Assembly (NCBI GenBank): GCA_964637575.1
Contig: CAZWVU010000002.1
Span: forward strand, 18,824-82,823
Length of the DNA stretch: 64,000 nucleotides
Origin: an uncultured Candidatus Saccharibacteria bacterium
GTDB lineage: Bacteria; Patescibacteriota; Minisyncoccia; UBA6257; WO2-44-18
Direction: 5' to 3'
Part shown: piece by piece, positions 29,257-37,762 of the stretch
Position numbering within the stretch: position 1 is the stretch's first letter
How the letters are laid out: each line of letters begins with the position of its first letter
Notes under the pieces: generated by a model
What the model saw: only the letters and a program-made list of their open reading frames with translations
Database searches by the model: none
Told to the model about the DNA's origin: nothing
Translations under genes and position numbers: made by a program

Positions 29257-30267
29257 TTATCCGTGGCGGATCTCCATAACATCACCGTCGGCGACAACAT
29301 AATCCTTGCCTTCCAGGCGGAGCCAACCCTTCTGTTTGGCGGCGGACCAGGAGCCGGCCTCAAGTAACTTCTGCCAGTTGATGACTTCGGCGCGGATGAA
29401 CTTCTTTTCAAAATCGGTGTGAATAGCTCCGGCGGCCTGCGGCGCTTTGGAACCCTGCTTGATCGTCCAGGCGCGCGTCTCGTCCTCGCCCGTCGTGAAG
29501 AAACTGATCAAACCTAAAATTTCGTAGGCCTTTTTTACCAGCTCCGGCACATTTTCTGAAGCAGAAAGATCCGCCACCACATAATCCGCGCCGATCTCGG
29601 CAATTTTCTTTTTCAGCACATCGGAAACATCGGCGGGAGTACCGTTCAGGAAATATACCTGCTTCTTACTCATCAGCAGATTCATCTCGCGGATCTTCGG
29701 ATTATCAAGAGCCGCGGCGAACGCCGGCGCGTTGATCGGTTTGCCGGCTTCCAGTACCGGCTTGAGTACCTTAATCGCCTCCATCGCTTTGACGGCGTCC
29801 TTAATGCCGGACTTCGCCTCCCCTTCCAGTTTTTTTGCCGTACGCTCCACGCTTTCCAGATCTTTCAAGGCAAGTTCCATATTGATGATGTCCATATCGC
29901 GGACCGGATCCACGGAATTTTCCACGTGAATAATCTCTTCGCCGCCGAAGACTCTTAGCACCATCACCACCGCGTCAGTCTCGCGGATGTGGGTAAGAAA
30001 CTGGTTGCCAAGTCCCTCGCCTTTGTTGGCACCCTTTACCAGGCCGGCGATATCGTAAAACTCCACGATCGCGGGGATCACTTTTTTGGACTTGGACATC
30101 GCCGCCAGCTTGTCCAGCCGCTCGTCGGGTACGCTGACCACGCCCACGTTCGGATCGATCGTCGCAAACGGATAATTGGCAATATTCACGTCGTTTTTCG
30201 TGAGCGCTTTGAACAGCGTGGATTTGCCGACGTTGGGCAGACCGACGATCCCGATGGAGAGTTTCAT
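29257..30267 (-). CDS. ychF: Redox-regulated ATPase YchF
   Basis: GLPNVGKST, NYPFATIDPN, DIAGLV, GEGLGNQFL, IHTDFEK. Confidence 0.97.
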   Translation of the reverse strand: MKLSIGIVGLPNVGKSTLFKALTKNDVNIANYPFATIDPNVGVVSVPDERLDKLAAMSKSKKVIPAIVEFYDIAGLVKGANKGEGLGNQFLTHIRETDAVVMVLRVFGGEEIIHVENSVDPVRDMDIINMELALKDLESVERTAKKLEGEAKSGIKDAVKAMEAIKVLKPVLEAGKPINAPAFAAALDNPKIREMNLLMSKKQVYFLNGTPADVSDVLKKKIAEIGADYVVADLSASENVPELVKKAYEILGLISFFTTGEDETRAWTIKQGSKAPQAAGAIHTDFEKKFIRAEVINWQKLLEAGSWSAAKQKGWLRLEGKDYVVADGDVMEIRHG

Positions 30268-30310
30268 ATTGAACCAATCATAAATAAAAAAGGCGCTTTT
30301 GGAAAGCGCC

Positions 30311-30469
30311 CTACTGCGCATACTCCACGGCTGCGCTCAAGTGATGCTGGTGCAACAGATGGACGAATCCCAATGTAATTATCGCAACCAGCGCGACCAC
30401 CAGAGCGAATGCCGTGATTACCAAGATGACCTTCCCGGCCAGGTAGCACCACTCAAGCATCGGATTCAT
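30311..30469 (-). CDS. 52-aa single-TM small protein (not in the ORF track)
   Basis: Hand-translated MNPMLEWCYLAGKVILVITAFALVVALVAIITLGFVHLLHQHHLSAAVEYAQ; SD GAGGG; terminator follows. Confidence 0.55.
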   Translation of the reverse strand: MNPMLEWCYLAGKVILVITAFALVVALVAIITLGFVHLLHQHHLSAAVEYAQ

Positions 30470-30543
30470 ATACCGCCCTCAGAACTTGTTAAATCCTATA
30501 TTTTTTAACATAATTTGTCCAGGACATTAAAAGGAGAACTGGG

Positions 30544-31680
30544 ATGGAAATACACAGAATCGCGCTCGCGGGCAGTGACTGCAGCGGGAAATCCTCGGCG
30601 GAACCGTTCCTGCGCGAAGCGCTGAAAAAGCTTGGCTACTACGTAGTATTCGTGCCGGAAGGCGCCACGCGGGTCATTCTTCAGTACGGCTTGAACCCCG
30701 GAGAAATGCGGCGGCTGGATCCGGCGCGCTATTACCAATTTCAGAAACTGATCGTGCAGACTCATCTCCGCGAGGAGCAGCTGGCGATCGAACACGCCCA
30801 GCGCTTCGCGGACTGCGACAAGATTGTCGTCATCTACGACCGCGGCGTGATGGACGCCAAAGCCTACATGGACACGGAAGATTTCCACCGGCTGGTGCAT
30901 GAGCTCGGGCACACCGTCATGGGAGTACGCGACGGACTCTACGACCTCGTCTGCCATCTGGTGACTGCCGCGGATGGAGCGTTGGAGGCCTATGAAAAGG
31001 CCGTCCGGAATAATCCGGCAAGGAGAGGACGTTCGGCGGCTGACGCGATTCAGATCGACCGGCTGATCAAACATGCCTGGCTCGGCCATCCGCACTACCG
31101 CATCATCGATAACTCCAGCGATTTTGACGGCAAGATGCAACGTCTGCTTGAGGTAATAAAGAAAGAACTGGGTGTCCCGGAGCGGATTGAAATGGAACGG
31201 AAATTTCTTGTACATGCCCCGCCGGATATTTCCCGCGTTCCCGTGCCGCGCGTTCCGATCGGCATCTTTCAGTCGTATATTCTCGGTGAAGAGCGGATGC
31301 GGGCGCGTATGTGCAGTCAGGACGGGGAGGGAATGCTCTACTACCAGACACGCAAGATTCCCACCGCCTCCCCCATTTCCGCGGTGGAGCTGGAGGACCG
31401 GATTACCGCCGGGGAATACTGGCGGCTGATCCGGAACCGCGACCCGGAACTGGAAGAAATCTGCAAAACGCGCCATTATTTCATCCACGAAAACCAGTAC
31501 TTTGAACTCGACGAATTCCTGTATCCCGAGCGGCTGAAGGGACTCTGGATTCTGGAAATTGAACTCACCAACGAAACCGACCCGGTAATACTCCCCGGCT
31601 GGCTCGGCCCGATGACCGAAGTTTCCACCGATAAGCGGTACAAGAACCGCGTGCTCGCGAGAAAACCGAACACCGCCTAA
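30544..31680 (+). CDS. P-loop kinase (AAA_28/NadR-Ttd14-like) fused to a CYTH triphosphatase domain
   Basis: GSDCSGKS, DRGVMD, HLVTAADGA; EMERKFL, KTR, LEIE. Confidence 0.85.
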   Translation: MEIHRIALAGSDCSGKSSAEPFLREALKKLGYYVVFVPEGATRVILQYGLNPGEMRRLDPARYYQFQKLIVQTHLREEQLAIEHAQRFADCDKIVVIYDRGVMDAKAYMDTEDFHRLVHELGHTVMGVRDGLYDLVCHLVTAADGALEAYEKAVRNNPARRGRSAADAIQIDRLIKHAWLGHPHYRIIDNSSDFDGKMQRLLEVIKKELGVPERIEMERKFLVHAPPDISRVPVPRVPIGIFQSYILGEERMRARMCSQDGEGMLYYQTRKIPTASPISAVELEDRITAGEYWRLIRNRDPELEEICKTRHYFIHENQYFELDEFLYPERLKGLWILEIELTNETDPVILPGWLGPMTEVSTDKRYKNRVLARKPNTA

Positions 31681-31752
31681 GGCGGTGTTTTTTAGTTGCC
31701 AAAACCGCAATTTTTTAGTACTCTAAGCTCGGTTCGTTAAGAAAGGATTGCT

Positions 31753-33039
31753 ATGAAGCAGGCAGTGCTCGTCGATGGCGTGCGGACGCCGTTTATCAAA
31801 GCGGGTTCGTCCACAAAGCTGAGAGCGAAATGGTTTGGCTCTCTTCCCGTGCTCGAGCTGATGGAGCGTTATGACGCGCTCCGCACCAGCATTGATTCGG
31901 TGGTCGGCGCCAACATCGGCAACCAGATACTTCCGCCCGACGGCTCCAACATTGCGCGCATCATCGCGATTTGTTGCAACATTCCCCAGGAAGTGGATGC
32001 GCGGACGCTCAATATCAACTGCGGGAGCGGCCTTGAGGCCGTGATCGACGCCGCGATGCGCGTGGAGGTCGGCATGGCGAAGTGCGTGCTCGTGACCGCG
32101 GTGGAAGTGATGTCCGATTACACGGCCGCGTACGGACGCGAACAGCGGCAAAAGTTTGCCGAACTGAACACGCTCGCCCGCGCAAAGACGCCAATGTGGA
32201 GGAAAGGTCCCGGACTCGCCCTGAAAGCCGCGGGCGTCCGGGCAATGAAGCACGATCCGCAGTGGCTGATCAAGCTCGGCCTGACCGACCCGATGTCCGG
32301 CCTCGGCATGGACAAGATCGCCGACGCCATCGCCAAAGAATTCCAGATTTCCCGCAAGGAACTGGATCTCTACGCGCTGGAATCCCAGCGGCGGGCAACC
32401 CAAGCCCAAAAGTCGGGACGTTTGGCGAAAGAGATGCTGCATGCAAGCATCTGCACGGAACTGCACCTGCCGGAGCATGACAATGGCATCCGCGATGGCC
32501 AGACGCTGGAACAGCTCGCGAAACTCCGGCCGCTCAATGAAGGCGGTGTGACCACTCCCGGAAATTCTTCACAGGTTTCCGACGGCGCGGTCGCGCTCAT
32601 CATCGCGGATGAAGAGTTCGCCAAAGCCCAGGGATGGCCGGCGCTTGCCCGGGTAGGTTCGGCGCGGTCGGCCGTGGCCGGATGCGAGCCGTCCATGATG
32701 GGACTTGGTCCCGTCGCGGCGATCAAGAAATTGCTCTGCAAATTCGGCCGGACACCCCTGACTGCCTTTGACGTCATTGAAACCAATGAAGCATTCGCGT
32801 CAGTCGTGCTCGCTCAGAGCCGGCTTTTGGAAAAAGAAGGGATCGGTCCCCTCCCGATGGAGCAGACCAACGTCAACGGCGGCGCCATCGCCATCGGCCA
32901 CCCGGTCGGTGCCAGCGGCGCCCGCCTGGCGCTTACGGCGGCGCGGGAGCTCAAGGAGCGCAATAAGAAGTTCGCACTTGTGACGCTCTGCGTCGGCGGC
33001 GGCCAGGGCGTCGCCGCGATCCTCGAAAACGTCAGTTAA
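31753..33039 (+). CDS. fadA: Acetyl-CoA C-acyltransferase (thiolase)
   Basis: NCGSG nucleophile, NEAF, GHPVGASG, CVGGGQG. Confidence 0.95.
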   Translation: MKQAVLVDGVRTPFIKAGSSTKLRAKWFGSLPVLELMERYDALRTSIDSVVGANIGNQILPPDGSNIARIIAICCNIPQEVDARTLNINCGSGLEAVIDAAMRVEVGMAKCVLVTAVEVMSDYTAAYGREQRQKFAELNTLARAKTPMWRKGPGLALKAAGVRAMKHDPQWLIKLGLTDPMSGLGMDKIADAIAKEFQISRKELDLYALESQRRATQAQKSGRLAKEMLHASICTELHLPEHDNGIRDGQTLEQLAKLRPLNEGGVTTPGNSSQVSDGAVALIIADEEFAKAQGWPALARVGSARSAVAGCEPSMMGLGPVAAIKKLLCKFGRTPLTAFDVIETNEAFASVVLAQSRLLEKEGIGPLPMEQTNVNGGAIAIGHPVGASGARLALTAARELKERNKKFALVTLCVGGGQGVAAILENVS

Positions 33040-33111
33040 ATTCATCCAAAACCAGTGGACAACCCACTGGTTTTTTTGTACTATATCGGCGGTACATTCA
33101 GAGGAGATTTT

Positions 33112-35199
33112 ATGAAATTCTGGAAGGCGGAGATCGACAACGCGGAGCACGCGGTGCTCACGCTGGACCTCGGTCCGGAGGAAAAGCAGAACAAGCTGCG
33201 GGTGGGAGCGATCGAGGAGCTTGATGAATTTCTCAAGTCCAACATCCTGAATTCGCTCGTGATCTGCTCGGCCAAGCCGGACAGTTTCTGTGCCGGCGCC
33301 GACATCGAGGAAATCCGGGAAGCATTCCGGCACCCCGAAGAAGTCAACGCGCTTTTTGCCCGGATTGACAGTATCGCCGATCGTCTTCTCAACGCCCCGT
33401 TCCCTTCTGTCGCCGCGATCAGCGGTGCCACATTGGGAGGCGGCCTTGAACTGGCGATGATGTGCACCGAGCGGATCGCCGTGGATACGCCGAAGACGGT
33501 TTTCGGCCTGCCCGAGACGTCGCTCGGCATCATTCCCGGATTCGGCGGCACGCAAACCTTGCCCCGGATCGTGGGGCTGCGGAAAGCTGCGGAAATTATT
33601 CTCGGCGGGGCTTTCAAAAAGCTTTCGGCCAAGGATGCATTGAAATGCGGCCTGATCTCAAAGATCGTCAACTTCCCCAGCACGTTGCTGGAAAGCGCCA
33701 GGGAACGCGTCCGGCATCTCGGATCGTCCGGGTATCGAAATGGCGCAAGACATACCCCCGGCATTGAAAAGATTCCCTTCTTCGGCCGCCGGATGATTCT
33801 GAAAGGTGCCAAAACGCAGACGCTCCGCCTGACAAAAGGCGTCTATCCGGCGCCGTTGAAAGCGATTGAGGCGATGCGCAAAAGTGCCTGCAGTTTCAGT
33901 ACTGGACTGGCCAACGAACACCGGCTTTTCAAGGAATGCCTGAGAACGGATGAGGCGAAAAGCCTGATCAGTCTCTACTTCCTTCGGGAAGAAGCGCGGT
34001 CAAAGAAATGGGTGGATGCACCGCCGCAGGCTCCGCCGAAACGGCTGGGCGTGATCGGCGCCGGAAACAAAGGTCAGGGCATGGGCAAAGGAATCGCCTA
34101 TGCCGCAATCTCGGCCGGCATCCCGACCCTCCTTCACGACGTGAGCCCTGACAATCTCCATGATGCCGTCGTGCTTATTGGAAAATCGTTGATGGCCGAA
34201 GTGAAGAAGGGCAAACTGACGGCAGATCAGGCGAATGCGCGGCTCGGACTCCTCTCCTGGAGCTATGGCACGCGCTACGAAAGTTTCCCCGGCTGCGATT
34301 TCGTGATCGAGGCGATCACCGAAAACCTGCAGTGGAAACATGATCTGCTCGGAACGCTCGGGCTTATGCTTCCGGAGTCAACGGTGGTTGTCACCAACAC
34401 CTCTTCCCTGCTTCCGAGCGAAGTGGGCAAGTCGTTCCCGTGGAAAGAGAGTTTCGCGGCGATGCATTTCTTCAATCCGGCAGAGAAGATGGAGCTGGTG
34501 GAAATCGCCGGCACGCCGGACACGAAACCGGAGACGATCGCAAGAGCGCTGACGCTTACCAGAATGCTCGGCAAGACCCCGGTCGTCCTGGACAAGGAAT
34601 GCGCGGGACTCGTGGTCAACCGGATCCTGCTCCGCGGCGTCGGCCGTGCATTCACGGAAACCTTCCGCCACGGCGTGAATCCCTGGCTGATCGACGAAGC
34701 ACTGGAACATACCGGCTGCGCGATGGGCCCGTTCAAAACATCGGACCAGGTCGGATTCGACACGGCCGCCCACGTCCTGAAGATCATGTCCGAATGCTAT
34801 CCGGCAAACTATCCGGAAACGATCAAGGACCTGAACCTGGCCGGCAATAAAAACGTGCTGGGCAAAAAGACCGGCCGCGGGTTCTACTTTTGGAAGGACG
34901 ACAAAGTCCTCAAACCGAACGCCGACATTTTCTCCGACCTCCAGATACCCTTCGACCGGCAGAACATCGAGGCCACTGCTGCGTTTGCCGCAACCGAAGT
35001 GATGGTTGAAATGCGGCGGGAAGCGCTCGACCTGATCAGCGAAGGCGTCCTGAAATCCGGCGATATGATCGATCTCGCGATGATCCTCGGCGCCGGCATC
35101 TGTCCGAACCACCGCGGCATCCTCGGCCTGCGGGAAAAAGTGGAACTGCCGAAGCTCTCCGAATCCGAGGAGCTCGACCTCCGCAAGCTCTCACCATAA
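33112..35199 (+). CDS. fadB: Fatty-acid oxidation complex alpha subunit (enoyl-CoA hydratase + 3-hydroxyacyl-CoA dehydrogenase)
   Basis: FCAGADI, GGGLELA, LPE..LGIIPGFGGTQ; IEA..E, NTSSL, HFFNP. Confidence 0.93.
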   Translation: MKFWKAEIDNAEHAVLTLDLGPEEKQNKLRVGAIEELDEFLKSNILNSLVICSAKPDSFCAGADIEEIREAFRHPEEVNALFARIDSIADRLLNAPFPSVAAISGATLGGGLELAMMCTERIAVDTPKTVFGLPETSLGIIPGFGGTQTLPRIVGLRKAAEIILGGAFKKLSAKDALKCGLISKIVNFPSTLLESARERVRHLGSSGYRNGARHTPGIEKIPFFGRRMILKGAKTQTLRLTKGVYPAPLKAIEAMRKSACSFSTGLANEHRLFKECLRTDEAKSLISLYFLREEARSKKWVDAPPQAPPKRLGVIGAGNKGQGMGKGIAYAAISAGIPTLLHDVSPDNLHDAVVLIGKSLMAEVKKGKLTADQANARLGLLSWSYGTRYESFPGCDFVIEAITENLQWKHDLLGTLGLMLPESTVVVTNTSSLLPSEVGKSFPWKESFAAMHFFNPAEKMELVEIAGTPDTKPETIARALTLTRMLGKTPVVLDKECAGLVVNRILLRGVGRAFTETFRHGVNPWLIDEALEHTGCAMGPFKTSDQVGFDTAAHVLKIMSECYPANYPETIKDLNLAGNKNVLGKKTGRGFYFWKDDKVLKPNADIFSDLQIPFDRQNIEATAAFAATEVMVEMRREALDLISEGVLKSGDMIDLAMILGAGICPNHRGILGLREKVELPKLSESEELDLRKLSP

Positions 35200-35281
35200 A
35201 ACCCAAACCGCACTTTACATAAGTGCGGTTTTTTTGTACTATAGCGTCGGAACTTTCACATCTCATTTTTGGAGGAAATGT

Positions 35282-37363
35282 ATGGGACTCGATGTCGGAA
35301 AGCAGTTGGGTGCCGGCGCCGCGATTGCCGAGGAAACCCGTGGTAATGAGCGGTTGTCCGGTCTGATGGCCAAACTCTTCAAGGGAAAACTGGATATGAA
35401 CCAGCTTTTCCGATGGAAAGAAAGGGAACGACCGGAAAATCCGAATGTCGCGAAGATGTGCGCGAAGCTCGCGCAGTTTCTGATCCACGATGTGGACGCG
35501 GAATTGATCGAGCGGACGCACGCGATTCCACCCCCGGTGGTGAAGTGGCTCTGTGACAACAACTATTTCGGCCTCAAAATTCCGGAAGAGTACGGCGGCA
35601 TGGGATTCGCCCAGTCGGAGTATATGAAAGTGCTCCAGCTCGCCGCTACCTACTCGGGAGCCATCGTGGCGCTCCTTTCGGCGTCGAATACGATCGGCGC
35701 CGGCTGGCCGGTGATGGCCTATGGATCGCCGAAACAAAAAAATAAGTGGCTGCCCATGCTCGCGAAGTGTCCGTCGGCGTTCGCCTTTACCGAGGAGAAG
35801 GCCGGCTCGGATCCTTCTGCGATGGAGACGGTGGCAATCCGGGTCTACGAGGATCCAAAAGCCCCTGAGCCGTATGAGTGGGAAATGGAAAGGCCAAGGG
35901 CCATTGGCTATCGCCTTTACGGCCGGAAGTGGTGGACCACCAACGGTCCTTCCAGCGCCGCCGCCTTCATCTCGCCGGTGATCATTGTGATCGCGAAGAT
36001 CGTGAACGAACCGGACGAGCTGAAGATGAACGCCGGAAACAAGGATTACAAACCCTGCTTCGGCGCCTTCATCGTCCCGACCAATGCCGAAGGAATCAAG
36101 ATTGTTCAACGCTGCGAGTTCGCCGGGCTTCATGGCATCTACAATGGCATCACTGATTTCGAGAACTGCTACGTTCCGCGTGAGCAGCTGCTCGGCAAGA
36201 AGGTGGTGCGGCTTCATGAAGATGCCAGCGCATACCTAAACGCCCGGCAAAAGTTGGGTTACGAGCCCGATGCCGACGATGAAGTCGAAATGTTCTGCGA
36301 AGAAGGTTCGGGCTTCAAGATCGCGCTGGAAGCGCTGAACAGCGGGCGGATCACGCTCGCCGGTTCCTGCGTGGCGATGGCGAAGAACTGCGTCTCCGCC
36401 GGCAAGTGGTGGGGCAACACGCGATTCCAGTGGGGCAAACTCATCGGTCAGCATGAGGCGGTCGGCAGCGGCATTCTCGTGAATGACCTCGCCACCACCT
36501 TCGCGCTGGAAGCGATGATCTGGTACGCCGCTCTGCAAGCGGATGAGCACCGTGATTGCCGCATGGAAGCCGCCACCTGCAAGGTCCTGGCGTCCGAACG
36601 CGCCTATCAAATCGCCGACAATTTCCTGCAGATGCGCGGCGGACGCGGCTACGAAACCGCCGCATCGCTGGCACAGCGCGGCGAAGCGCCGCTGCCGGCG
36701 GAACGCTGGTGGCGCGACGCGCGCATCAACCGCATCTTTGAGGGAGAGTCCGGCACCCTGCTCCGCATGTTCGTCGTCCGCGAAGGGCTGAACGACTATA
36801 TGGAGCGCGGCAAGATCTTTTTTGAAAAGGATCACCGCTGGCAGAAATTGAAAACGGCCGCCGGATTCGGCATGGACCTCATGTCCAACCGGATCCCGGG
36901 TTCACTGGGCGCCATGCCTCATGTGCACACCCTGCTCAAGCCGCACCTCCGGTTCATTGAGAAGAGCGCCCGCCGGCTCGCCAACGCGATCATTCTCGCG
37001 TCGGGAAAGCACCGGCACAAGCTGCCCAACAAACAGCTGACGCTCCGCCGGATCTTCGAGATCGCCGCCGAGCTGTACGCCATGGCAACCGCCTGCTCGT
37101 ACGTCGCCTGGCTGAAGGAACACTTCGACCACGTGAACGAACACAATGCGGGGCTTTGGAATAACCGCTTCGCGCAGCTCGCGAATCTCTATTGCCTGGA
37201 AGCCCGGAAACGGGTTGAGCAGGAATTCGCGGCGCTTGCCTCCAACAGTGATGCCGAAGCCCGCGGGGTCGCGAAGGACCTTCTCGGGGGCGGCATGGAC
37301 GCCTGGGTCAAGGACAATATCGTTCCGACCGTGGACACCCTCGGCCTCGAAAGGAAAGAGTAA
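35282..37363 (+). CDS. fadE: Acyl-CoA dehydrogenase (long, FadE10/VLCAD-like)
   Basis: FTE..AGSD, KWWTTNG, GGRGYE, RDARINRIFEG. Confidence 0.93.
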   Translation: MGLDVGKQLGAGAAIAEETRGNERLSGLMAKLFKGKLDMNQLFRWKERERPENPNVAKMCAKLAQFLIHDVDAELIERTHAIPPPVVKWLCDNNYFGLKIPEEYGGMGFAQSEYMKVLQLAATYSGAIVALLSASNTIGAGWPVMAYGSPKQKNKWLPMLAKCPSAFAFTEEKAGSDPSAMETVAIRVYEDPKAPEPYEWEMERPRAIGYRLYGRKWWTTNGPSSAAAFISPVIIVIAKIVNEPDELKMNAGNKDYKPCFGAFIVPTNAEGIKIVQRCEFAGLHGIYNGITDFENCYVPREQLLGKKVVRLHEDASAYLNARQKLGYEPDADDEVEMFCEEGSGFKIALEALNSGRITLAGSCVAMAKNCVSAGKWWGNTRFQWGKLIGQHEAVGSGILVNDLATTFALEAMIWYAALQADEHRDCRMEAATCKVLASERAYQIADNFLQMRGGRGYETAASLAQRGEAPLPAERWWRDARINRIFEGESGTLLRMFVVREGLNDYMERGKIFFEKDHRWQKLKTAAGFGMDLMSNRIPGSLGAMPHVHTLLKPHLRFIEKSARRLANAIILASGKHRHKLPNKQLTLRRIFEIAAELYAMATACSYVAWLKEHFDHVNEHNAGLWNNRFAQLANLYCLEARKRVEQEFAALASNSDAEARGVAKDLLGGGMDAWVKDNIVPTVDTLGLERKE

Positions 37364-37378
37364 TACCCAAAGGACTGG

Positions 37379-37741
37379 TTAAAACCAGTCCTTTTTTAAT
37401 TGTTCAAGAATATCATCCGGAATTGGTATCTGCTTGCCCGGTTTCGATTTTCCCGGATAGCGCCAGGCGGAGATCATGATCTTTTTCGGTCCGCCGAAGC
37501 GCGGCGTAATGCGGGCGCCCTCTTCCGTGGTTGCGTACATTACCCATATTTCTTCTTTACGTTTCGGCGTATCGTTCCGCTTCATCGCCGCGAGCGTGCT
37601 CGGCGCGACGCCCTCCTCTTTCCGGTCGGGAGTCTTCAGGATTGTCTTAATTTTCTGTTCGGAAATACGGTAAAACAGCATTTTGTTCTTAATGTGCGAC
37701 GTCCAGCGGTACTGGGAATCATTTTTAGGGAATTTGATCAC
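37379..37741 (-). CDS. Conserved CPR hypothetical (DUF4258-like)
   Basis: WTSH...KM....ISE..I..IL..P, EIWVMY, ISAWRYPG. Confidence 0.7.
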   Translation of the reverse strand: MIKFPKNDSQYRWTSHIKNKMLFYRISEQKIKTILKTPDRKEEGVAPSTLAAMKRNDTPKRKEEIWVMYATTEEGARITPRFGGPKKIMISAWRYPGKSKPGKQIPIPDDILEQLKKDWF

Positions 37742-37762
37742 GATTGAAGTATACTATAAATA

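Noticed and set aside
29100-29411. Short ORFs sharing the peptide SSPRQDVGLQSCLRE (also 47181 and 54741)
   Set aside because: They are translations of the family A DNA repeat, not a protein family.
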